NCBI RefSeq assembly: GCF_001186125.1
Contig: NW_014040460.1
Span: forward strand, 108,130-148,367
Source of the DNA: Sphaeroforma arctica JP610
Taxonomy: Eukaryota
Direction of reading: 5' to 3'
Length of the DNA: 40,238 bases
Shown here: positions 1-13,830 of the stretch, in pieces
Layout of the letters: every line of letters begins with the position of its first letter
Numbering within the stretch: position 1 is the stretch's first letter
Translations under genes and position numbers: made by a program
The notes under the pieces: model-generated
Told to the model about the DNA's origin: nothing
Database searches by the model: none
The model's input: only the letters and a program-made list of their open reading frames with translations

Positions 1-350
1 GATAGTGCGCATATGAGAATAGTCTCTACTTCACCTGTACATCGATTTTAATCATCACAGCTTCGAACATGGATCGATGCACGCACAAATAAATATTTGC
101 TTTGTTACTGTACTACAAACCGGTTTGGGTTTGTATGTATATGATTAGAGACTGTATACGTTTGGGCCCGTTTGGAAATCAGCCCAGCCATATAGTATGT
201 ATACTTACCGGCCAATATGTCGAAGAAGGAACATACGCATCGCACAAATGCCACACGTATGAGGATCTAGAGCAGACCAGTGGTCCACATGCGGATGTGC
301 CAACATTGACGTGAGCAATCCGAATATACACGGCATGACAATATACCTAC

Positions 351-3243
351 CGGAAAAGCGATGTCAAGAAAAGCTCATCAGGGCCTTCTTCCTCCTCCAG
401 ATTGAAATCTTCCAGGAGAAGCATGTCTCCACTCAGCTTTGGACGTGGTCCAAAGTCAACAGTGGCAGCTAAGGCCTCTGTGCGTTCGCGTGTCAGCCAT
501 TTCTGCATGCACAGCACAGCTGTGGAGAGCATGTTCTGCACAGCGCCTGAATGTGCGTTGGTGACTGTGTTGTGAGCTATATTTGCACTATGCGTTTTGG
601 ATTGTGTAATGTGTTCTACTTGCACTATGAGTTTTGTATGGTATTTATGGGTGTGGGACGTGTATGTGTATAATAAGAGCATTTTATTTTGGCAGTGTGG
701 GTAGTGTGTATGTATTTTTATGGAAGCTGCTTGAGCATACCCAGCCCTGGGACCGAAAATATAATACTTAATAATGAAAAATATTGAAATGTGCAATTGT
801 GATGAAAGATAGTTACATATATAGATCCAAACTACTACAAGCAGACCGATACGGGCACTTCGACCCTTTGTGCTCGTATTCATCGCGTTTACGTACCTGC
901 ATTCCCGAAGTGAGGCTTTGCGCGAGCTTCAGAGAGAAGACGAACAGCTCTGCACGACACATCCAAGCTTATTTTCAGGCCCCTACACGAAAAGAGTGTG
1001 GAGTAAGAATGAATACACAGATTTTGTAACAAAAACTTATAGCCCACGGTCAGATTCAGCACAAAATTTGGTGACTTAAATATGATTGTGTGATACTGTT
1101 GAGCCAATTCATTTTGACGCTTGTGTTAATCCAAGTATGTACCATCAATATCTATTCATGGGGGTTCGCCTGCATGTTTTAAATGTACACGGAGAGTAAC
1201 GTTCGCATATAGACATGTCTGTGCACCCATCCCCTCACCTTTCATTTGCAGCTTTAGTCAGTATTTTGGTTAGTGCCAAGTCGTCGTAGTCGGGGAAGTG
1301 AAAGGCATGCTCCATTTGGAATCGACGCGCAAGTCCTACGACAACAGTATGTAGGTATTTGCCATATATTTATATTAAGACAGTTGCCTTGACGAGTGTC
1401 GCGAACAAAATGTTTTGTCCATGTGTGTACTACAGAGACGGATATTGATATACACATTGACATAATAGGCGATACAAAGTCTTTGAATAGTCACTATTCA
1501 AATCAAAATGTAATGATACACTGCAAGCATTCAAACCAAAATGTAATGATACACTGACTTGCAGAGTTATGACACACCTGGATGGACAGTGCGGAACATT
1601 TCCTCCATTTCTTGCTTAAAGCCAAGGAGCACAACCGCTATATCGGCACCGGGTGTAGCTTGACTAACCAGAAAAAGAATCAAATTCAATGTAATACAGT
1701 CGTGAGAACGAATTAGTATAAACTATCCAGTTTTTACAAATGACTTTTAAGTATCGAGTGACAAAACTGAGTGAATGGCTGCAGCAAACGTGTTTTGTAC
1801 GAATACACGTGCGAAACTACTGCCCAGGTGTAAATACCCTGGATATAGATGTGACATGTATACAAATAAGGTACTTATTCATGCACACGCCTTGTATGAG
1901 TCGCCAAGTACTGAATTGTAACAATATGCAATTTCGCACAGTGATTGTTTACTCACACCATCTCAATAATGGCGTCGATAATGGCTGTACGATACGGATC
2001 AGTGAAGCCTTTTCCGCTGCCGGCCAGCGCATACGCCTCATCGATCACCAACACACCACCTTCAGCAGCCTATAATAATGCATAGTCAGATTTTGGGTAT
2101 ATAAATTGTGTTGCGAAGCGCACACGGACGTGATGCACAACAAGGGTGCTTGAAAGTGGCTTGTGTTTGTAAAGTGTGATATTGTACGTTGTTCGTGTTA
2201 CGCCCACCATACAATACTGTATTACGCGTACGCCGAGACAGAGTGCAAGGAACTCATCTGAATGATGTCCCTGGTCTTCTTTTCGCTGGCTCCAATGACA
2301 TCGCCCACAAAATCCGAGGCAAGCTTGAGGTGTACATCACCCTTCGACAGCATGCCAAGTGCTGTCAGTAGCTGTGCGTATATCTTGGTTACCGATGTCT
2401 TCCCTGCTTGTGCGCAGGATTTTATAGTGAGAAGGTATGTGTGTAACGCATGGGCAAAATGTGAGCAAAAGCCTGCTGGAACAATTTTAAGAAAACGACA
2501 TACAAAGTACAAATAGCGGAGGCTGTTTAACATGTGCTATATGGTCGCATATGCCATTATGGTAGCACGCGCACGTCTAATGCGTATATCTAAGCTCAAT
2601 ATACACATAACACATGTGTGATCAAAGACACTTTTCGAACTTTGTGCCTGAATACAGTTGTATTCGAAATTACGAACCTGTTCCCGGATTACCAAGGAAG
2701 ACACGATTGAGTACCACATCCTGGGTTGGTCTCTCCTGGTCTTCGCGTAGTGCATTACCTACCTTCAGACTGATCAACCCCTCTATTGACTCTTTGACCG
2801 GGACTAGACCCTCCTAATAAGTAAAGGGTCTATGTTAAAAGGGTCTACGTGCGTGCGTTGATAAGGCTTCAGATCTTATAGTTATTTAAGTTCATGGCAA
2901 ATGTGGTAGTGTGAGTTTGAAGAACCCAACGTTCACGGATTTGTGTACACACATGTTTTGATGAACACAAGGTGTGTATAGTGAATCTGTTACGTGTATA
3001 TAAACCGACATAAATCTGTTGATACACAACTGCATATACACATATACATAAACCATTCCATCACATTACAAATACCAGCACACAATATACCATCTTGTGC
3101 AGGGCAATGTAAGCCTCACTCTTCTTAATGAGCTCGTCCATCACCTTGGGACCTAGAAGATCGTCACGGGTGAACAGAAACTTGTCTGGGTTGAGCCCTT
3201 TTCCACTCTCCTGCACATACCGTTCGGCTTGTCTCTCACGCAC
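351..3243 (-). CDS. Exon cluster of the disrupted gene: second CbbX/SpoVK-type AAA+ ATPase module
   Basis: Exons 3091-3243, 2678-2813 (EGLVPVKESI...LNRVFLGNPGT), 2258-2403 (GKTSVTKIYAQLL...SDFVGDVIGASEKKTRDIIQ), 1957-2069 (AAEGGVLVIDEAYAL...DPYRTAIIDAII), 1578-1663 (VVLLGFKQEMEEMFRTVHP), 1239-1335 (GLARRFQMEHAFHFPDYDD), 897-982 (RAKPHFGNA), 351-546 (GAVQNML). These give Walker A, Walker B, the arginine-finger region and the lid motif in correct order. Confidence 0.88.
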
Positions 3244-3997
3244 CTGATATAAAATCCCATTCTATGTCCAAATACAGAAGTTGTGATTGTGAGAAGAATC
3301 TCCAAGAAAATGACCCACCAAAGGCAAGGTCTACATAATTATGTGTTGAATGGTGGCGATACTACGGTATGAGAGTGTCAGGTACGTCATTAAAAGATTT
3401 AGCGATCGACGAGGCAAACTATAGCTAATGATGGCAAACTATAGCCAACGGTTTGTAAAGCAACTGCGAATAGAACTAAGGTTTTTTGATCGAAGTACGG
3501 GGATGAGCACGGGTGTAGTATTTTCACAAGGGGCGACTAAACCCTGCTACGCTGACACGCTATATGGTATAAACCCTTGCGATAAATTACGATTTCCGAT
3601 GCGATAGTACACATGCACATATTTACATATAGGCTTTAATATGATCTAACACTCAAACACATTCAATACGCGCGTAAGCGTCCGCAAATTCAGATACCAT
3701 AGTACTTCACAATACTGTATAGTAGATGATTTGGCAGTCTTCCTTTCTCAGTGCTAACTGAAACTTTTCTCGTGTACACCCTTCCTCGCGCATGTTTCCG
3801 CTTGTATACCAGATACACGTTTCATTTAAATCATTCCTACCCAATCTCGATACATTGCAGGATTGAGTGTTTACAATATCTTGTGATACTCCTTTGCTCC
3901 TGTGGTTACAATATCCTGTGATACTTATTTGCTATTGTGGTGAGTTTGCCCTATATGTATATCGCTTGTTGGTGTATTTTCTCTCTCAGGCACGCAC

Positions 3998-6900
3998 CTG
4001 TTCAAAGTATGAGCGTACAGCACGAGCGTTTCCAAAGCCCTCGCGACCACTTCGTTTTGAGATGCGTCGCATAGCGATGCGTTGGTCCTTATCTGCAGCC
4101 ACTCGGAACGGAATGGGCCGCAGGGCACCTGCAGGTCAAGTGGTTTGTTTGTTCGTATACGGGATGGTTCAGATAGCTTTAATTCCGTGTATGCTCGTAG
4201 TACTATCCAGCGCTTTACCAGTAAGCCTACAATTGCATCGCAAGTTGTAGATGTTTGCTGTGTGTCGCGAGCACATCGCTACACAGTTTGTATAGATATT
4301 TGGGGGTGTTGCTGAAAGTGCATAACTGTCACATCTGGCTATGTGCTGTATGTCCCACCACTGCATGTCGTGTGCTCACAGCTGCGCATTTTACGTGCAT
4401 ATGAATACGATGTTGAAGAAAACTGAGAAGTTTAAGTATAATACGAAAACACAATTTTGGTGGATGACTGCTGATACTGACGAGACTGTAACGGGAACGC
4501 GTGTCACTAGGTACGACCATCGGTTCAGAGGTAGTCAAATTTGGGGTTCTTTATGAATATGATCATGTCGCGATATCCGGCGAAAACTTATTGAAGGCGT
4601 TTGTTGAGCCCTAATTATATGCGGGTTTCTAAGGGTAGACACTAAGAACGTCTTCAGGAGCCCTGAAAGCTACCCGGTATATAAAGTTTGTTTACTATAC
4701 ACAGTATTGTCATACCCATGATTTCTCGGCTCTGAACGAGTATTGGACAGCATAACATTAACGCAATAAACCAATTTAGGCCCAATATAGACGGACGGTA
4801 GATATACTGATACAAATCAAGGTTGAGTGCTACGCATTTATCACATTTACGGACATCCTGCTCGTCACAAACCAAAGCATACTAGAGATGTAACGTATTG
4901 AATCAACTTCTCAATAATAAAATGCATGCTTACTTGTGGACAAACCCGAAGGAGCCCAAAAAGATATGATACCCTGCATTGTATTTGTAATATATATACC
5001 TGGTTCCGCTCCAGTCTTGGCTGGTTTTGCGCCGGGGTAATGGTCTCGCTCCGCCAACGCCAGACACCCACACCTGATCGCTATCTCTATTGGACACGCA
5101 TTTGTTGTATGAACAGGGTTTTAGAAGTTAGCAAAGGGAATGGAGTTAGCAAAGTGAATGAAATGTATAGGTTTTGAAAGAATAATTCACGATTCAGTGT
5201 GCGCATAGCTACAACCAGCGATGAATCTGTGGCAGACAACAAAAGAGGAAAACATAGTATCGAGAGCTTAGCAATTCAGTCACCTATAGTATAATCATAC
5301 GTATATTTCGGTTATCTATAGTATAATCATACGTTTCATCTCTAGTATACGTATAAATTGGTTACCTATAGTATATTCATACGTTTCATCTCTAGTATAA
5401 TCATACGTATACCGCCTTTGTGTGCGTGCTTATTGACCCACCTGTATACCCACATCATGCCCGTGGCCACCTCGACCACAGGGTTTGCGGCTGTGCCAAA
5501 CGTCGGGTCATCGGGCCGGTAGCCCATGGTATTGCCGTAGTTATCCAGCCATGCTGTGCCATCGTGTGTCCCCTCATTGTTAAACTTGTCCATACACTTG
5601 TCTCCGAGCCTACCGTACATGCCAGGTAGGCCTATAACGTACGGAATCGAAAGGAAACCAGTTGTGATATCATAGAAAATGAAAGTACTGGGCGTCTTTA
5701 ATGAGTAAGTTCTGCACTTGCAATGTTTATCGTCATCGAGCTCGCCTCATATGAAACGGAAGAGACGAGGTTGACAGTGGATTAAATTAAGATCTTTGCG
5801 AATATATAGGTGAAATTGGGATCTCGACGGCTAACTCCTCATTGAACAAGATCTGCGCGTCGTGATTGGTCAAGCATGTATATCATTGCTAAAACGAACA
5901 CGCATTCGCTCCAACGAGACCATACAGACATAATCAATCATGTGCCACTCACACCCCCCCCACCGCACAAAACTGATGCGGGGGGTCGAGCTGGAGGGGC
6001 ACTCAATGGTTTTGCGTTGGACACAGCCTTCTTCTTGGGAGCTACTGTGCGTGGCTGGTACTTGAGATGGGTCTCGAAGATCTCGGTCAGTTCTTCTTCT
6101 GTGAAGTTGTCGAATACCCAGTGGTACGGAAATCGGCTTGGCAAGCCAATGTTATGCTCAAACAGCTATTCCATCTGATGTGATGTGATGGGATAGAATG
6201 TGCATGACTTGAGATATGATTTATCCACTGTAAACAATCCGCCCATGCACGTGAATCAATAGACTGCTAGAGCTGCCGGATTTAACTATGGTCTGTCGCT
6301 GGGTTAGTAAACTGTTGAGAGACATAAAAATGATAGCTTAACCCTCTGCATGTTTCGCTTACCTCGTAGTTGTGCGTGATAGTAGGTATTTACATTGCTG
6401 CAAGCTGCTATATGACTGGTTCAATGTCAAGAGAGCATGATACGTATGTGTGCCTGATTACGGGTGGAGGAGGCTAGCAAATCTTTGTGCATGCGAGTGC
6501 GCACTATTTGGTGTTTAGATGTCAACCATCACCCAGCGCACACCCGATTGAAACATCGTACTACGAACGCAATCAAAATTGAATACTTGGTTTGCTATCT
6601 GTATATTTGATATGCTATCGGTATATTTGATTTGCTATCAATTTGCTATCTGTATATTTGATTTGCTATCTGTATATTTGATTTGCTATCGGTATATTTG
6701 GGTTGCTATCGATTTGCTATCTGTATATTTGCTCGGAAAGCACACCTGCTTAACATAACCAGCGAAGATCCAGACGAGAGGTCCGAATTTGGAATCTAGA
6801 CACTCGGCATGCGGCAGAATAAAGTCGAGGTCCTGCTTTCCGGTGGCATCTGAGTTGGAATTGTATAGATGATACTCAATCAAACACTTATTACTATAAA

Positions 6901-7516
6901 CTGTGTTGTCCCTAATCTTATCATCAATAACACAGTAAATTTAACACTCCAGAAAGTATCAGTGTCTTACGATGATGAGCAAACTGCAATATCGTACATA
7001 CACATAATCCAGACATTACAACATATATGATTTTGCACTGTATAGATCTCTGAACACAACACATTCGCAGATGAGATGTTGTACAGTTGACACACACCGA
7101 TTAGTTATTTAATGGACACCGAGTAATCGGGTAAAAGTGACTATGATGAGCAAAATCTATAATACGAGGCTGTACACACGAAGCCACACAATTGCCATAT
7201 ACTTACTATCCATCAATTGATAGCACTCATCCACAAACACGACCTCTTCACCCTTGCCAGCGGCGGCTTTCAGTTGCTTGTCTAGGTAATCAACTCCTTT
7301 GGCGCTGAGTGTGGCCCCTGTTGTTTCTATGAACAACGAGGTCTTGGGTAGCACAACAAGCTGTTGCAAGAACTTGGCATAGTGCCGCGCGATGGTCGTC
7401 TTGCCAGTGCCAGGATTACCTGTCCGTCCACGAGTATGGGCGGATGTGGGGGTTAAAATAGGGGACTGTGTAGAAGAGCGTAGAAGAGATTGCATGTGCG
7501 GGCGTACCCGCGTATG

Positions 7517-7579
<63 letters not shown>

Positions 7580-7746
7580 TACGTACGTACGTATAGTAGT
7601 ATAGTGTTGTTGTGTGGTGTGTCGTCGTACGTACGTACGTAGTTAGTTAGTAGTAGTAACTAATAACGTAAGTAAGTACGTACNNNNNNNNNNNNNNNNN
7701 NNNAGTAGAGTAGTAGTAGTGTGTCGGCGGTACCGGTACGTACGTA

Positions 7747-7809
<63 letters not shown>

Positions 7810-8512
7810 TCCAGTAGCTTATAGATATGTTGTGTGTGGGTTGTGCGGTGCCCTAAGTTCAGTAAATTTGGGTATGAACAAATAACTGAAAGTTCAAGTC
7901 GTGACAACATGACTACATGGAGCTACCAGCATATTGAATGGCTTGATATCTTATGATTTGGCCACATGTATGAGAGGCACATGAATATACACAAACCTAA
8001 AACAGGTCTGCAGGTGCGTCCAAACAGGTTTGAAAACGCGTCCTTGAATGCAAACAATTATAAACCTGTTCAAGTGTGAACATATACACTTTTACACGGC
8101 ATACAATCGCACATTGTATTCTTCCATTGCATAAACCACACGTCTCGTGTATCAAAATGAGCATTCGTTTCAAAGCAAATAGCTATATTCAAACACACGC
8201 ACACACATGTGTGGACACCCATACTTCGCTGAAATACATGTACGAATCGAGCAGTGCGCGCTCTTACCTTCAAACCGTGCATTATAGCTACTGGCAGCGG
8301 CATCCCCCTGCTGCTTAGCCAGCTGGAACTTGTGATAGAACTGAATAAATTTGGTCTTCACCGAATTCAGCCCAATCATGCCCAGTATCTTGTCCCCCAT
8401 AATTTCTGGTGCTTTTGGATCTTTGCTGAGTACGTCCTTCCAAATATCAGCAGGTGTACGTGATGTCGTCGACACAGTCTTTGGCTTGAGCGTGCGTTTG
8501 GAACTTTTAGCC
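3998..8512 (-). CDS. Exon cluster of the disrupted gene: first CbbX/SpoVK-type AAA+ ATPase module (premature stop and large insertion)
   Basis: Exons 8268-8512 (MIGLNSVKTKF...NARFE), 7207-7419 (GNPGTGKTTIARHYAKFL...FVDECYQL), 6746-6849 (VWIFAGYVKQ), 5964-6174 (ME*LFEHNIGLPSRFP...FTEEELTEIF), 3998-4128 (RIAMRRISKRSGREGFGNARAVRSYFEQ). Confidence 0.88.
6590..6732. repeat. Intronic minisatellite, ~20-bp unit (gatttgctatctgtatattt), about 7 copies
   Basis: Tandem copies directly visible just downstream of the exon 6746-6849 donor. Confidence 0.88.
7523..7806. repeat. (TA)n microsatellite arms flanking an assembly gap
   Basis: Pure TA runs at ~7523-7577 and ~7747-7806 around the N-run 7684-7703. 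Confidence 0.9.
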
Positions 8513-11500
8513 CTGCACAGATAAGTGTTCATTTAAGAGGGCAAAAAAGTAAGGAAGTAGGCGTGGCTACTATTTCATATTGCTTTGGCAGCAGTATAAG
8601 TGTGCATAAAGATACGTTGGCGTGTACCACATAGATGAGTTACGAGATGCCCGAATGTGTTTTAGAAGAATCTACTTCATGCCTAAATGTTTCGTGAAGG
8701 TCGAAGGCGGAATGAATTGACATAAGAATATATCACAGATAAGATTATCTACTTGCACGAAACAGAACCATCTACTTGTGAAACCACAACACGATGCGCT
8801 ATAGCACTACTGTGAAGCAATTTGGGCATCAGTTGTGCCCAGCATCTTAGCAAAACATGAAACGCTTACACATCTACATGTTTAAGCGACAGTATATACA
8901 CTCGACAATACGATTGTATTTGCAGTATTCTTATAGCATTATAATACATAATACCCCCTATAAGTTATAATACATAATACACCATATAAGTGTGTTCTGC
9001 CCGTTCCAAATCGGGAGTGTGGTGCGGTGAACAGCTACATGCTTGCAGAAATAGTTACATGAATGCAAGTAAAGGAGTCATTCCATGAGTGATTACTTGC
9101 AAGTCTACGTCCTTACCTGGAGGTCTTTCCGGGGTTCAACTTGGCGGTTGATACCGCGGCTTGGCATACACTTACAAACGCAGCGGGAAGGGGCACATGT
9201 GTAGTAAGCTTCCGCGCTGTATTTTCACCAGCGCTTGCTTTCATGGCTTGATCATGGTAGTCGAGAATAGACTGTGCGCACAAATATAGACACCCTGAGC
9301 ATGTGCGAATATGTATGACCAACACAGTTATTTGTTGCAGACAAGTCGTTTGCATGTGCATATATTTATTAAATACGTTTGTAGTCAATACATAAATGCT
9401 ATATTGGAGTGAAGTCTTCGACTGATACAGGTCAATTAATATAGCTATGCGCTAGACAGACATATGCCTAGGATATCTAGATGAGAGCAAATATGAATGC
9501 ACTACAATGTGAATGAATATCCACTTGTCACACACGTGTATTGCAAACATAAGGTATTCTATGGTTGATGCAATTACTGCCATATCCATGTCCTGTGACG
9601 TTGTTCGATAGCCTTCTGTTGCTATATATGTGCTATGAAATCTAATAATTGAATAGTCAGCATATACACTACTATACGAACGGATGTATACTCTAGATAG
9701 TATACCTGAATAAAGTCAAACACCTTCTTGCGCCTATACACAAAAAAAACTAGTCTGCCTTGGCACTACTCAGAGATACAACTATATCAATCTATCACAC
9801 AACTCAGAGACACAACTATATCAAACTATCACACAAACACAGCACACAAGCACAAACTACTCAGCCTTGGTATGCAAGTGATATCTGCTTTATCTAGATA
9901 TGTTGTACATACCTGTGCAATCACGCTCGCCTGGTTGGGGAAGGGCTCTTTTAAGCTCAATAGCTACGCGTAGTTATAAATTACTTCACACAGAGACGCG
10001 GGACTATCGAAGGGACATTCATCTCCTGCGATAAAGGGTCACACAAGTCGATGATGAGCACGCGTGTATGAACAGCACAGAAAATTATGCACGTGAAAGT
10101 AAACTGGCAGGTATGTACGGCATGCAGTTAGAATTGAAACATTGGAATTGAAACACGGTGTTTTAATTCTTCCAGTTGGTGCAAAATGCAGAAGATCGGT
10201 ACCTCCAGAACTGACATGAGTCAAACACACTCCTTGTCTCATGCTTGGTAATCTTCTCTTTGAGATAATGACTACCCAGCATAACTGTTATCAAGCCACC
10301 TTCAAGGCACACACCTCAATGTGGATAAGTTCTTTTAAGGCAAGACTGCGAAAGGTACCCAAGATTGAAAAGGTGTGAAGCACGGAAGCATGGAGAGGTC
10401 ATTGCAACACGGAATATACTAGCACCAAATACAACTGAGAAATGTACGCGGCAACTGGTGGGCAAGTATATGATGTTAAAGTGCATATTCAAAATATTTC
10501 AGGAAGATATATTTTTCCATAGGGGTACCGTACCCCTACAATGTTGAAAACTGTATCTAGACGAAAAATCAATTTACGGGTGCACACTGTTGCATCCAGT
10601 TGTTAATATATCGTCACACACCTCACGGTGTAGCTAAGGAACCGGAACACATTGTCATACTTTACCCACATATAGCGTGTAAAGTTTATGATCAAAATCG
10701 GGAGTGCTACAATATAAATAGAAAGAGTTACCAAGATGTTCGTATCGGACCCCGGGCTCCGGGCGGATTTCGGTCTCGAATATATATCGCATCACTTTCA
10801 AGGCCTGGATGATGTAGCGAAAATGGTATAGTGTCTAACACTAGGATGGACAAATGTTCATCACGTTCATCATTTTAATCGGTTGAACTAAGTATGTAAA
10901 ATAATAAAAATATCTGGTGGGATGTCACATACTCCTTTTCACACTTACAGATCATACCTGGGGCAGCTCGGCATCCGCTCCGAGGCCCTGCGGAATATCC
11001 TTCTCTATTTCTTTTATCAAGTCGTAGGCCTCTAGCATGCCCTTACCACTACAAGATCAAAGGTTTGATTTATCACATACACATAGCTTACACTATAGGC
11101 GAAAATAGTTCTGGGTAAGGTGTGAAGCTGGTTGGTAATCAGCTGATTAGCAATCTTCAGCGTATCTAATGCTGTTTTGGATACTGAATAGCAATCTTCA
11201 GCGTATCTAGGATAGATACTGAATGACAATATTTAGCTCCTAGTGCTGTTTAGGATACTGAGTGAACCGGAAGAGTTACAAGCTTCATTCCTGTATTCTG
11301 AGTAACAAATATGCACGAATCTGTAGCGTCCATGCACACATGTCTGAATAGCAGTGCACAAGTCTCATTGGATATATACCCAGGTGCATCATGAAGTTTA
11401 TGAATATAAGACCAGTACAGCACGCATACCATTCAATTAGCAGAGAATCCGTACACGGCACGCTAAATTCGCCTGAAGCAAGTAGTTAAATGCACACACA

Positions 11501-12177
11501 TAATGCAATACTATAACCACTACTCACGCTCATTTGATTTTAACCCATACCTGTAGCGTTCCAGAATAGCGTACAAGGCATTGCAGTCATCAACATTGGT
11601 GTCATTGGCATCGCTCTCATCACTACACGATTCGTCTGGGGGTAAACGGTTTCATGAGATGTTGCGTATTTCATAGCTAGTATAATCATAACCAGTCCGA
11701 GCAGTGAACATTGGAACTGCATGTTTAATGGAGGGATACTAGATATACAAAGACTTGAAGTCTTGATCTGGTCATAGTAGCAGCTACAAACACATTCTTA
11801 TATTGGTGATATCTACACACCGTCGACCTCGTGCACGATACGGCTGTAGTCACTATCAATTCATGTATGTTGTTTGTAATAAAAGCATTGGGGATTAGAC
11901 GGCACTGAGAGTATCGTCCGGAATACCATATCAGTGTTAAAACGGAAGACACTGACCACTCACGCGACAATGTCCTCGTCGTAGGGCTTTAGGATTAGAT
12001 AGCTAAAGCCCAAATAAGATTTAGGTCAGCATATATATGCATTACATAGCCTGACTTGACTGTAGCCTAAAACAAATAGTCACACATACATATTTGAATA
12101 AGTCATGCGACTCTACAGCAGTAAAATGCATGTCGGATAGATACCTACACGTATTCAACTACACATACGCCACTCAC

Positions 12178-13136
12178 TTCACATCAAAAGGACCTACGCC
12201 CACACATATGCTTTCAGTTTCACTGGAATCTTCACTCTCGCCACATGTAAGGTCACCACCCGCGATGGCATCCCCCACCTCACCAACACCTTTAGGTATT
12301 TCTGACAGATTTCTCTTTGGGTTTTCTTCATTGTGTCCGGGTTTGGAGATGAGGATCGTACGCTGCTGCTTGCGAGGCTTCGAAGCTTTGATCTACACTT
12401 CAGGGGGACCCGTATCCAACTTCTTACTTTTCACGGTGTATTTGTCGGAGTGTTTGTGAACTCCCAAATCACTTTTGAGTGGCCTCACACTCTGCGTGGA
12501 CTCTTCGGGGCATACACTGCAGTTCGCACACTCAACTGGTGTGATAGCCTCGCCCGGAGCTGTACAGTCACGAGAGTCGTGCTTTCCCGCGGAGCCGTCA
12601 CCAGAGTTCGGTACTTCCACGTTGGCTTGAGTGGCAGCAGTGATTGTTTGAGTCGTACACCTACTACCACACGGCTTTGGAATGTCAAGCCATATGCCAG
12701 TGCCTGCGTTCACGCCACCTTCAGACCCCTTATCTGTTTCAGACTTGTGTCCCAACAAAGAAGTTTCCTCGGACTTCTCACCATTTGTGGTTCGAGTGTA
12801 AGTGTCGGCACCACAAGCTGCCGCTTCAGCCACAGCAGTAGCAGCACTGTCTGCAGCACGTGCCAACTGACGTGCCAGTGCCCTTCGAGCCGACTTGGAA
12901 GAACGGGTGCTAGTCTTACTCACACCACCAACCTTGGCCTCAGAATCATCGGCGTGTTTCGGATTTGCAGGCACTTTTGATAGTTTCGCACCCCGTTCGC
13001 GTTTGTTCTGTGTGTGCAGCTTGGTGTTGCTGGAACCGCTGGCCTCGACTTCGGCCAATATTTTGGCCTCTATGATACGCTGCTCCATCTGAATGCGTGA
13101 CATCTCCTTGTTATGCTGACCGACTTTCAACGAATC
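12178..13136 (-). CDS. Large (959 nt) exon of the disrupted gene: coiled-coil start then Ser/Thr/Ala/Lys-rich low-complexity linker, with internal TAG
   Basis: Acceptor cacacag|GAT TCG at 13136. The 245-aa ORF stops at TAG 12393-12395, but the frame stays open about 71 more codons to a GTGAGT donor at 12178. That donor is phase-compatible with the next exon near 11551-11622. Confidence 0.7.
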
Positions 13137-13830
13137 CTGTGTGATAGTTGATTAAAATTGTGTGGACGGACGGTTTTGTGAGGTTTTGTTTACCAGATAA
13201 GTTGTGCATGAGCAAGAGGAGGAGAAGAGTATATTTGCGTGCATGTGCTTGCTGATGCATTAATCGTACAGGTGAGTGTGAGTAAGTTTATAGCTGAAAG
13301 TATTTTGAGAAGGTAAGCAGGTCAAGCTATTCAATGGTGTAGTACAAGGATGATGGAATTTTAGACTAGTTTCGTCCGTAAACTCTGATATCATGAAGAA
13401 TTCACGCGAATCTCTATGAAAAGTAAAACTGACAACATGAACGACCACACCTACCTCCAGTTGAATCTTTAACTTCGAAAGTTCGTTCTGAGCCTGCTGG
13501 ATAGCTTGAATTCGCTTCTCCTCCCTCTCCTTACAGAATTCAAATCAATTTAGAACTAAATCTTTCACGCACTCAGCAGATATTGTACAATTTTGCAGAA
13601 TATACCCTTATAGTGTAGTACAACTCTGCAGAATGTGCTCCTTAAACTGTAGTGCAACTTTGCAGAATGTGCTCCTTGTAGTGTAGTGCAAGCAAGTTTA
13701 TACAGATTTTGATCCGTGCATTCGTGGATGATTGTTGCGTCGACGAGATTAAACACATGATAAAGCATGAGGATTGGCAGGTACGCGAGTAGTTCACACG
13801 TTCATACCCACGTAGTAATAAATATGCATA

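Noticed and set aside
34..266. Further exons of the AAA gene (candidates ~209-266 and ~35-80)
   Set aside because: Splice-like signals exist but the translation does not resemble the start of a third AAA module; left unresolved.
6166..12395. TAG reassignment, readthrough or A-to-I (TAG>TGG) restorative editing to explain three in-frame TAGs
   Set aside because: SENP8, CCDC58 and the small membrane gene terminate at TAG at the expected lengths. The residue expected at 6166 is not Trp, and frameshifts co-occur, so decay is the simpler explanation.
12094..12980. Plus-strand ORFs of 121 and 215 aa
   Set aside because: Antisense shadows of the large minus-strand exon, with no recognisable motifs.
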